Of a stretch of DNA of 64,000 nt, positions 1 to 10,779 are shown piece after piece (position 1 is the stretch's first letter; each line of letters opens with the position of its first letter). This stretch comes from Eledone cirrhosa (Eukaryota). A program made the translations under genes and the position numbers. The stretch covers positions 20,770,001 to 20,834,000 of the forward strand of contig OZ024752.1 in NCBI GenBank assembly GCA_964016885.1, read 5' to 3'. A model generated the notes under the pieces. The model ran no database searches. It saw nothing but the letters and a program-made list of their open reading frames with translations, and was not told the DNA's origin.

Positions 1-514
1 CTGCCTATATAGATACAGATATATTTACAATTATCGAATTCTAGCTGGAGGATTTGAAAAGAAATATAAACACACACAAAAAAGAAATGTTTTGTTATGG
101 AAACAGTTTCAGACGATTAGAAAATGCGTGTGTTTAAGGGGAGATCACTTGTGTATGGTTTAAAGGAGTCAACCCCCTTCCTGATGCACCCTCCTCTGTT
201 GACTTCTAGTAAATATAATTAAAAAATCCCCAAAATCCAAAAAATCAGAAAGGTTACAAAAATATGAAATAAAAAGTTCAGTTTAATAAAATGGAAGATG
301 AAAAATATATAAGAGAAGTAGAGCAGATACTTGAAAGTTCTGCATAGGTGCTATTGTCGTGTAGACCTGCATGAAGACTATGCACTGATGACTGCTGGTA
401 TTCTTGGTTATATTTTGTAGTATTTTCCGACTTCATTTGTTTGAATAATTAGCCACAAGTTTTACTCAATCCATTCACTATATAGACGACACTAGGATCG
501 TACAAACTACTAAT

Positions 515-790
515 CAAACCAGATGTGAAATGTAGGCTTCACCAAAGCTGGTAATAGCACCAGGCCAGATGTGGAAAATAAACGCCACCAAAGCTGTTAA
601 TAAACCCAGGGCAGATGTGATACGTAGGCTCTACTAAACCAAGTAAAAAGCCCATACCAAGTGTGAAATGTAGGCCCGTACAATTTGCAGCAGAACCAAG
701 TCAGATGTGGAATGTAGGGTCACCACAGCTGTTAATAGGCCCAGGCAGCTTGTAAAATGTAGGCCCTAGCAAAGTTTGGACCCCAAAACT
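515..790 (+). repeat. Diverged ~46-bp tandem repeat (about 6 units, core cagatgtgaaatgtaggc)
   Basis: cagatgtg-like motifs recur near 520, 567, 613, 660, 703 and 748. The same family occurs in reverse orientation at ~23985-24120. Confidence 0.75.
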
Positions 791-1044
791 AGGGCAACAT
801 TTTACAATTACATCCGTCTCGTTATGTAGGTGAAATTGAAGTTTTTTTTCCTATATTTTTTTTAATTTCTTTTGAACGAATATGACTTTTAAAACGGGAA
901 GTGTTCGATTTTTAGTTAATTAAAATATTACCAGAACTAAAAGTTGAGGCCAGTAGAGCTCTCAAAATAGAAGGCCCGTGTCCACTGGTCCACTTTGTCT
1001 GGCTTGGATAACACACACTATTAAGTAGTCTTAGACGTGTTTTG

Positions 1045-1143
1045 ATTAACCAGTCTAATTATAGGCAACATTTAGTAACTAACCAGTCTAACTATAGACA
1101 ACACACTAATTAACTAGTCTAAATATAGACAACATAATTAATT
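1045..1143. repeat. Short ~33-bp tandem repeat (taaccagtctaantatagacaaca, about 3 copies)
   Basis: Direct repeats are visible at ~1047, ~1080 and ~1111. Confidence 0.7.
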
Positions 1144-1379
1144 ATCAATGAATTAACCGCCAAGATTTCCAACGCAAAGTATTAGACATTATAAAATCCC
1201 GTTTCACTTTTCAATTATTTTTGTTTATTTATTTATTTGTTCTGTTTACTTTCGGCTTCCCACTTCCGTGTAACCGCCCCCTTCCACACTTTATTTTTTT
1301 CAAAATATTTCTGTCTAGATAAGCTCCGCATTTCCACTACACTCAGAGTCGATTTAAATGTAGTGACAGACCCCTCAAC

Positions 1380-1760
1380 TCCATGGATCTTTATAGGCTG
1401 TCATGCCGCCAAGAAAACGCATTCGTTTCGCTCGTCATACCAATCTGAACCTTATTATCAAGCAGGCCCTGTTTGTGGGCAGGGGTATGTCATATCCCCT
1501 CAATTTTGGAGCCAGCCAGATTATCCAGAGTTGATGGGGGAAAGATAAGGTCTCTCATTTGTATCGCCACAGTTATGCGACTCTTTTACTCCTTCCCACA
1601 TCCTGGATACTGTGGTGAATCTGCTGTAACCGAACGAAATAAAATTCTAAAATACCAGAAACTATCGACAAACTATTTTTTCATCCTGTGGTGATCGAGG
1701 CGGGGGAGCTGGGCCGCTGGCAATGAGGTTCTTGCCATTGTTGATGGCGCGTCATTGATT
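1380..1760 (+). mobile_element. Degenerate C-terminal fragment of an RLE-type non-LTR retrotransposon (CRE/R2-superclade-like)
   Basis: Frameshifted translation gives LSCRQ..FARHTNLNLIIKQAL..HIPSILEPARLSRVDG..KILKYQKLSTNY..FHPVVIEA..GPLAMRFL. This matches the C/RH..EP.GLSR.DGKRPD..K..KY..F.P..VE.G pattern of the zinc-knuckle and restriction-like endonuclease region. Confidence 0.7.
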
Positions 1761-1864
1761 GTGAATATCTTCTTCCATTTCTCTCTCTTAAATATAATTG
1801 TTTATTTGTATGTAAATATTTAGAATATTTATCTCATGAAATTATTAGTTATACTGATTTTAAT

Positions 1865-2083
1865 GGGTCCATGACAAAACCTTCATCGGACACCCCCACC
1901 CCCCTCATTGCCGGACAAAATTCCCACAGAAAAATAATATAGAATATGAATATAGGTTTAGTTTATTCTTTATCAGATAAATTACATTTTATAATGTTAC
2001 CTATTGAAACTATAAATTTCAATATTTTTTTTTTACTGTGTTGGGGATTTTGTCCTGGAGCCTGAGATTTTTGTCTGTATCCC
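1865..2083. mobile_element. MULE-like MITE
   Basis: Imperfect terminal inverted repeats (ggg..gacaaaa..ggacaaaattccca / tggggattttgtcc..ttttgtctgtatccc). The 9-bp flanks gattttaat (1856-1864) and gtctttaat (2084-2092) match at 7 of 9 positions. Confidence 0.5.
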
Positions 2084-2251
2084 GTCTTTAATATATCACA
2101 CCATTACTTGCAACTGGTAGATAGTATCAGCAATGGAAATACTAATGAAAACATTGTTTCCTTAGTCTGATTTGACTAGTTCCACCCCACTAGGTAAGCA
2201 AATAAGGTCGGATCTTGTCGATAGCTACGTAATACAATAAATAAAACTTAC

Positions 2252-2348
2252 CTGAGTTGTTGACAATTTTCTCATCGTCAACGTCAGGTATGGCCAGGAC
2301 ACCCGACAGAACAGCTAAAATGGTGAAATATGTTTTAATATCCATCAT
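2252..2348 (-). CDS. First coding exon of a putative secreted protein (MMDIKTYFTILAVLSGVLAIPDVDDEKIVNNS)
   Basis: ATG at 2348 and a hydrophobic signal peptide ending in VLA-IP. The exon ends at a perfect phase-1 donor CAG|GTAAGT (plus-strand acttac 2246-2251). Downstream exons were not identified. Confidence 0.65.
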
Positions 2349-2651
2349 ACAACTAACACTGTATTATCACTGTTACGTTTATATTCTATATACACTTATC
2401 GTGTTGTTATAATAGAATACAGCGCTGTTATAATGTAGAGGTGTTGTGATGATATACAGCGGTGTTGTGCTGTAACATAAAACAGTTGATTACATAACTA
2501 TCATACATAGCTTACACATTTCCCCTCCAGATAAACATCAAGTGATAAGTGATCAGGATACCTACTCCCTAATTGTAGCCTAGCTGCTTGGATGACGTCG
2601 TGTGTGTAGCTAACATACGTGTGCGGCGCACATCTCCGTAATTGTGCGTGC

Positions 2652-2695
<44 letters not shown>

Positions 2696-2859
2696 GTGTG
2701 TGTGTTTGTATCAATATAAAAAGGTGGGTGAGAGAATACCCATGATTGTTATTGTGACTGTTGTAGGAGTTATTGTTGTTGCTATGGCTATTGTTGTTGT
2801 CAATGTCTTCTTATGAAAAGAATAAAGCACACACTTCTATTATAATTAATATTCTTGAA

Positions 2860-3165
2860 AGTTGGTGGTTTAGTGGTTAGGATGTTCTGTTCATGATTGT
2901 GAGTTCGATTCTTGACGGAGAGTTGTGTCTTTCAACAAGATACTTTATTTCACATTGTTACAGTCCCCTTAGCTGAGTTGTATTTTTAATTCAAAGGGTC
3001 TTTCTTATTAATTACTGTATCATTTTGAATCTCCCTGAGAATTAGGTTACTGGTTGCACGTGTTGGTGAAACGCTCAGTCACCCGCACGTTGATTTCGAG
3101 AGCAGGTTTGTTACGTTGTACGAAAAACTGAGACATTCATCGTTGCAACCGACGGAGATCCAACA
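2860..3165 (+). mobile_element. Degenerate tRNA-derived SINE (family B)
   Basis: A-box-like tggtttagtgg, B-box gttcgattc, then a tgtgtctt..caagatactttatttcac core. Similar copies are at ~5499-5610 (+) and ~29690-29835 (-). Confidence 0.7.
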
Positions 3166-3204
3166 CAACACAATTAACTAATTAGTGCAATAATATCAGG
3201 TAGT

Positions 3205-3460
3205 TACACGACCATTATCGCCAACGCCGCCGTCATCACTACCGCTGTCGCCGCCACCATCGCTATCACAGACGCCGCAGCTATCAACACCACCATTGCC
3301 ATCATCACTACTACCCCTCCCTCCCTGTGACTGTTGCCACCACCACCACAATCACAACGGTTACCCCTCTCACCAATATCGCCACCCCCACTCCCACCAA
3401 TATCACTGCCATCAACCCTTCCCCCAACACCATCAACCCCCTTACCATTTCCCATCTATC
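3205..3460. repeat. (ACC/ATC/GCC)n-rich low-complexity tract
   Basis: Degenerate trinucleotide repeats; they explain the His/Pro-, Thr- and Gly-rich ORFs in the track. Confidence 0.7.
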
Positions 3461-3893
3461 CCATCAAATCCTAACAGAGCCATATATCTCAAGTCTGGAC
3501 CAGTTATACACACAATAGATGAACATCTTTCTATATTAGACTTGGCTGATTGTTCTGACCTACTATTTCATATATTATTACTGCTTTTTTCTATTGTCTT
3601 GCTCATCATATCTTATTATTGATAGACATTTATATACAATAAACATGACAATACAATTTATATAATGAATACGTCCAATGTTGAATAACATTTGTCCAAG
3701 GTAGGGATCGAAATATCCCAGAGTCGAGCCTTCACCTGCTGGGGCCCTAAACTAGATGAAATTTGAGGCCTTTCTAGAAATCAATAAAAAAAAAGAATGC
3801 AAGCCATCGAACTCAGTAATTAGACTCAATCACCGATTATCGATTTTGGTAATAAGTATCCTAGAACCCTGATTTCCTTCATCGGTATGGTTC

Positions 3894-3894
<1 letters not shown>

Positions 3895-3986
<92 letters not shown>
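3895..3986. repeat. Compound (CT)n(AT)n microsatellite
   Basis: Seen directly. Confidence 0.95.
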
Positions 3987-3989
<3 letters not shown>

Positions 3990-5356
3990 AATAATGGAGC
4001 TGCGGCGCTGCAAATGGGTTACATATGAAAAAGTTTGTCCTCATCAGTGGCCTTCCAACCGTCGTAGGCATTTCGTCGCATTAAAGGCCATATACCTCAG
4101 GTTGGTGCGAGCAACGGCTAAAAAAAAAAGTCGTTGGGACACGTAAATAAGGGGGACGCTAGGGTAAACAAACAAGATGGTTTAAGCAACAGAAAGTGAT
4201 GAAGAAGAAAGAAACAAGTCCCAGATTTCTATGAATATAAATTCGGTGGAATCGTGAACGAGAGAATAAAGACCATCAAACCTGGTTGAAATGTGAGCAA
4301 GGAAGGAATTTCGCACAGGTCTAACGGGAGGAAGAAGGGGTCTGGTCTGCGAATTCGGTAAACATAAGTTCTGTGAAGTCGCAGACGATATATATATATA
4401 TATGTGTGTGTATGCATGTATGTGTGAACGGAGGTATATATACGGACATATGTATGTGTGTGTGTGTGTGTGTGTGTACACGTGTATATGTGCGTGTATG
4501 GGTATATATGTATATTTAGTTATGTATCTTTATGTATGTATATATATATATATATATACCCATGTGGAGGTATGAGTACATATTCGTGTGTGTACGTATG
4601 TGTATATGTGTTTTTATATGTGTCTTTATATGTTTTTATGTATGTATGTGGATGTATATGTACATGGGTGTGTGATTGATTGTGTGTACCTATATATTCC
4701 TACATATGCCCGTGTGTGTATGTACGTATATACGCACATATGTGTGTGTTGAACAAAGGACTAATTTTGGGATGGACGTAGAAAAATTCTTCAGAAAAAA
4801 ATAATTGTTTACAAACTTGGCAGGTGCGGTTTGCCTATGACCATTCTCAACACAAAGGAATACTAAAAGCTTTTTCCCCCTGAATAAAGGAATTTTTTGA
4901 GAATGACCGGGGCAGGCCGCACTTGCTACATTTCTCCCCACCCAACCCTACTCACCGTCTCAACTCATTACTGCTATTAACACTTTTTCAACACACCTAC
5001 ACCCCTACACTTATTAAAGGGGGAGAAAAAACCCTCCACCACACCACAGACATGTTAAATCCCTATATATAGAACAACACACCACATACACATCAGTTTG
5101 ACAAGCGCACCTCAGCGTGAAAGGTCGTTCTAAAAACGAAACAATACCTCCTACGTTAACCAAGAACTCCTAAGACCTAACCAACAACCAACAACTTTAT
5201 AAAATAAACAATTTTTTTAAGAAAAATTTTTTTTTTCTAATCCGGAAAAAAGGAAAAAAGGAAAAAAAAAAAAAAAAAAAAATTATTTTTGGATTTTGTG
5301 AAGAAAATAAATTTGTTGAAAGCACAAGTGAAGCCATTTTTTTCTTCCCCCCTGTC

Positions 5357-5610
<254 letters not shown>

Positions 5611-5718
5611 TTCTACCTGGAGTTGCGACCGATAGAATAGATAGTATTAGCAATTGGAAAGACCAACGGAAACATAGTTTCCTCGGTCCGATTTGACGAA
5701 AGTCGATCGACTAGAAAA

Positions 5719-5766
<48 letters not shown>

Positions 5767-6320
5767 ATATATATATTAATTTCAACAATGTCAGTATTCT
5801 GTGTGTCATAATTCTCGATTATTATTGGTTCATAGGTTTCAAATGACTCCGCCCACCTCAACGACGCAAATTAATATGCATAATGTCAATGAGAGAGTGA
5901 GAGGGGAGAGTAAGAAACAGAGAGGCAAAGTGAACGCTGTGTTGGATACACTATGTATATGTGTCAGTGTAGAGACATGTGTGTGTGTGATGTGTGTGGA
6001 AATAAGAGGGGAAGGAAAGCAATAATTATTAACATGTGTGCATGTGTATGTACGTGCGAGTATGTTTATGTGCGTGTGCGTGCGTGCAGCGTTCCACAGA
6101 AAGTAAAAACTATCAACATGTGTGAGTGTGTAAGTGTGTGTAAGTGCACGGATGCGTGTGTAAGTTTGCGTGCGTGTGCGCGTTTCCATGCGTGTATGTG
6201 TGTGTACGTGCGGCGTTCCACAATCGCCACGCAGTTTATCTGTCTGTGTGCCTGTCTGTCAGTCTAACATACACAGAGTTGTGAAGGGAGTAAATAGGGA
6301 CCTTTTTTAACATTGACAGA

Positions 6321-6650
6321 CATCTTTTATATTTATTATTGTGTCATTTTTTGACAATTTCTCGAAATGAATACTGATAATAAAAGCAATTCGACTTTAT
6401 CAAAAAGTGAACTACAGCGGCGAAGGGCGTGCAGCCAGGAATGAAGAAAAACGGACCGAAAAGCCATCGGAACGCCGAACTTCAGAGGCGAAGACGTGCC
6501 GCCATGAATGAAGAGGAGCTGGCTGAACAACGCCAACGAAACACTCCAGTGCAAGCAGTGACGGCGTGCTGCGATGGTTGAAGACGAACTGGCTGAGCAT
6601 CATCTTTTATATTAATTATCTATATCTATATCTACATATAATATAAAAGA
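6321..6650 (+). mobile_element. Helitron-like fragment with charged N-terminal repeat coding sequence
   Basis: Degenerate coding repeats (ELQRRR..; RRAAMNEEELAEQRQRN; ..MVEDELAEH) resemble the charged repeats at the N-terminus of Rep/helicase proteins. They are followed by a tctatatct..ataatataaaa motif resembling a Helitron 5' end. The family assignment is inference. Confidence 0.4.
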
Positions 6651-6969
6651 TTGGAACTTCCATAATCCTTTTGAGAAACGTGGAACAACCACGTCTATGC
6701 AATGATACACGTTTTACAGTCAGGCAGAAGATGAACCATCTCCTAGAGGTCACTCTTCTAGGTGGGAGCACCTAGAATTGTTTATATACTATGCACAAAC
6801 GGTACAACGAATAATTTGGTATATCTGGAAGATTTTTTTTTACTGTTTCTGTATCACACAGACACCACGGACTCGCCTCATACTGTAACCAGACAAACAT
6901 CCAATACAGTAATTTTCTCGTCCAAAAAATATTTATACACATTTATTAGAATACACATATTTATTAGAA

Positions 6970-7273
<304 letters not shown>

Positions 7274-7275
<2 letters not shown>

Positions 7276-7362
7276 TTGTTTCTACTTTAGGCACAAGGCC
7301 AACAATTACCCAGTGCATTACTGGTACTTTATTTTATCGACCCCGTAAGGATAAAAGGCAAA
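7274..7362 (-). mobile_element. 3' fragment of SINE family A
   Basis: Reverse complement of the 3' half of the full copy at 24398-24576. Confidence 0.85.
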
Positions 7363-7371
7363 CAATAATAT

Positions 7372-7525
7372 TAATAAATGGAAAATATCTTTATAAAACC
7401 ATATTTATTTTATTATACGCATTTCAAGGGCACTAATATTTAAGTACGCTTAAATATTAGTGCCTTTGAAATACGTATAATAAAATAAATATGGTTTTAT
7501 AAAGATATTTTCCATTTACTAATAT
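7372..7525. repeat. Near-perfect ~150-bp palindrome derived from a hammerhead-bearing element
   Basis: Arms of ~70 bp with few mismatches around the loop tacg (..cactaatatttaag tacg cttaaatattagtg..). The minus strand is collinear with 21430-21715. Confidence 0.9.
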
Positions 7526-7699
7526 AATTGATATTAATGATACTCCAGATAAATTCTATTGAGTGCTTCTAATCTGTTGTAAAATTAACTTTGTTGAATA
7601 ATCAACAAACCATATAACTCATTGTTTATATATATATATATATATATATATACATACTTCATTTTTTCATTTGTTTTGCGAGATTTATTATCTGAAAAC

Positions 7700-8155
7700 G
7701 TGTGTTGAAACAAATATTTTTATAATTTGGGAGGGTCATGCTGCCAATAAAAACACACGCGTTTGTTGGTTTTCACTTCAACTTATAAGTTTCCGGTTGG
7801 TTGGTTGGTTCGATAACTGGAAGGTTGTTTATATAATGTTAAAGCTCTTTCGTCACACATTCTGTGACCTCCTCAGTGATCAGGTTTTTATTTTGTGTCT
7901 CTTCTTTGTTCTGTCCTACACCATTTTGTTTTTGTGTGTTGTGTCTTGTAAGCTTAGTTTGCGCATGCGTTACATCCGGGTGTGTGTGTCTGATTTGTTT
8001 TTAGTTTCGTTTTTTGTGAGTGTCTGTATGTCTTAATTTTGTCCTTAATTACTAGTTGTGATGTTGCTATTCCACTCATGTTTTCTGTTTAATTTTGGTT
8101 GGAGTTCGTTTATATTTGTTGCCTCTGTGATTTGTCTGAGCATCATATTTGGGAA
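7700..8155 (-). mobile_element. Penelope-like element 3' end (GIY-YIG C-terminus plus 3' UTR)
   Basis: The minus strand translates to PNMMLRQITEATNINELQPKLNRKHEWNSN, with a downstream hammerhead motif. Confidence 0.7.
7841..7882 (-). ncRNA. Minimal type-I hammerhead ribozyme motif (stem I degenerate)
   Basis: Minus strand reads atca-CTGAGGA-g-gtcaca gaatg tgtgac-GAAA-gagcttt. Confidence 0.65.
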
Positions 8156-8184
8156 GGGTCATGTTGTTATAATATTGCCAACAC

Positions 8185-8579
8185 TGGGGGAACTAAAAGG
8201 ACAAAAAGATGGTTTGGTACTATATGAACACACCAGACAAAGACATGATGGTAATTTAGACAACATAAAAAATTAAAATAATATCTAAGCATAGAAATGA
8301 CTCAACAGTTAGACAAATCAGAGAAGCAACTGAAATAGAACTAAGAAAACTAAAGTTGAACAAATGAAATGAATGAAATAACAACACAACATACACAAAC
8401 ACACAATACTGACCTAAGATAAATATAAATAAATAAATATAGACAGGTACAATAACAACAAACACACATAAATATACACTAGTGAACAAAGATAGAATGC
8501 AAGCACAGACACACTCAGACACGAACACACACCAAACAGAAAACACACATACAAACGCATGCGTAAACAGAGACAAGAA

Positions 8580-8614
<35 letters not shown>

Positions 8615-8760
8615 AAATGGAGTAGTCTTTACAATACAACAGAAGAAAACATAATAGTACCACTGATGATGTCACAGTTATGTGATGAAAGAACTTTGAT
8701 AGACTATTATAAATGAAAATATAGAAATTAATGTGAGCAAGAAGACAACAGTATTTCATA
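8185..8760 (+). mobile_element. Penelope-like element 3' end (GIY-YIG C-terminus plus 3' UTR)
   Basis: Translates as LVLYEHTRQRHDG..IKIISKHRNDSTVRQIREATEIELRKLKLNK. It is homologous to the inverted copy at 7700-8155. Confidence 0.7.
8657..8702 (+). ncRNA. Minimal type-I hammerhead ribozyme motif
   Basis: gtacca-CTGATGA(8663-8669)-t-gtcaca gtta tgtgat-GAAA(8687-8690)-gaactt-tgatag. Confidence 0.65.
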
Positions 8761-8855
8761 ATATATAAGTGACTATAACGTCAAAATGGAAAATAATTAA
8801 CGTAAGATATGGGAAAATAATTCAAACTCAATTTAAAAAAAAAAAAAAAAAATAC

Positions 8856-8918
<63 letters not shown>

Positions 8919-8929
8919 AACGAGTAGGA

Positions 8930-9023
8930 CCCCAACGGCTGAGCTCAAGCCGTTTCGACGGCTAATTCTGGACTAAATGAAAATTTTTATCCTGGTATAT
9001 GAATAGCCGAGCTTCTCAGGGGG
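8930..9023 (-). ncRNA. Type-I hammerhead ribozyme fold with long stem II and a G8A core variant
   Basis: Minus strand reads cccc-CTGAGAA-gctcggcta...tagccgtc-GAAA-cggct tgagctc agccg-TT-gggg. Stems I, II and III all pair and the cleavage triplet is GUU. Confidence 0.7.
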
Positions 9024-10779
9024 TAATTCCATATATGGTAAAAGTGATTGTCACAAGGATTGGTCAAAAGTTTGTTGTTGAGACACATAATTCTATCATG
9101 GCAATTTGTGGAAGGAAGGGGTAGCTGAACCTGCCAGTAGAAGAAAGAGGTAGAGGGAGAGGGAGTGGAGGAAACCCAGTCGTGCGTTGATAGTGCCAAC
9201 TACAGCAGGGCAGGAGGTCAAGCAAGTATACTAGGGAGGGGTAGGGGGAGGAAGTCGAAACAAAAAGTAAATCAATATGGAGTAAATATATAGAAGAATA
9301 CCAAGAATGTTAAAAATATTTAAAAAAAACAATTTCTGGTTACTATTCCCTAACGACACTCATCAATTCTCTCACTGGTACTGCTAAACTATAGAAAAGT
9401 TTACTAGGTGGGACGGAATTGTAAAGAGACCAATTTGAGAGTTAGTAGTAATCAACCGAGTATATCTTACGGTGACAGGTCAACAAGTGGGGGGCCAAAA
9501 TACTAAAGAAACTACCACGAAATAATAATTCAGAGTCCCGAAACTAATACAAAATAATTGCCTCCACCCTAGGCACAAGGCCAGCAACCTCCCAGTGCAA
9601 AAAATAAACTAATACGAAATAATAATTTAGAATCCCGAAAATGAATACTAATACTATCTCTAAGGGTGCCGCTACGATACAAAAATTCTAGTGCAAACTA
9701 CATAAATGCTCGTACGAGGTATATGAAAAGTTTGATACGGAAAATTAATTCAGAATCCCCCCCCCCCCCCCCAAAAAAAATACTGATATACGAGAAATTA
9801 AAGCAGAGACACCACTAAGAAATGTAGAAAGCACGGAAATGGGGCAGCCATCGGATAAGAAAGCAAGTATCTGGGGTCTATCACATCTGCTATAAAAAGC
9901 GGAGTCGGTCAATTCTATCATAGAATAGGGGATGGGGGTGGGGGTACTGAGGCTACAAAGGACCGTCGGGCTACCTCGAGTGGGCGAGAAAATGAAAAGG
10001 ACGACGACAAAGAAGGAGGACTGGGGAGGAAGGACTAGGAAGGGATGGGGGGAAGATGGAAATATAGAGGAAACGATAAAAAGATATGAAAGAAGATCTT
10101 ACGTCTACCTTTGCAAGCAGGGGTTACCCATTACAAAGTCGGCAAGTGGGGTGTTACAGCCCTTGTCTAACCCCCCCCCCCCCGGTCATTATGGGGTTTG
10201 AAGGCGAGGTAAGTCCTACGCAATCTGTGTTTGCATGCAGTTACCAGTTCGTCTTTGTGGTAATTCGTAATTATCATTAAGTGGCGGTGTTCAAATATTC
10301 CGTGACCGCATGGTGCAATATCGCTGTTTCGCCACAGTGAAACGCGTCTGCCCGCATCAACACACAAAGTTGAAAAGAGAGTGTATTCAGCTACTGACGT
10401 CAGAATGTGACGTCAGAACTAAGGGCAGTTAATCGACTGCCTCCAAAGTCAAAGCTAGGTATACGACAAGACACTGACAAAGTTCAGTGCTTCTCTTTGC
10501 CACTAGATCTGAAAGTGGGAGATGCTAAAAAAAAATGCGTGTGCGTTAAAACAAATAAAACCTGTGTCAAAATCCAGAAGTGTAAAGAACTACAATTCGT
10601 AGTTCAGCATAAAGTACATACGCATATATGTCCTCCAATGCCTCCATGGTATAAAAACATGTATGTAGACTGACAGAGTTCAGTGCTTCTCTCCGCCACT
10701 AGGTCCAATAGATGCTAAAAAAAGCCTGTCCAGGAGTGTTTTGTTTTAAATTTTTGTTGTTGTTGTTCTTTTTCGTGGG

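Noticed and set aside
287-477. Possible second exon of the minus-strand secreted gene (acceptor at 478-479 giving VNGLSKTCG*, or the following MKSENTTKY.. frame)
   Set aside because: The polypyrimidine tract is weak, there is an early in-frame stop and no recognisable domain. It cannot be supported without transcripts.
5095-5135. Hammerhead-like ttgacaa-gcgc..gcgt-gaaa-ggtcg
   Set aside because: Two core mismatches and no convincing stem I.
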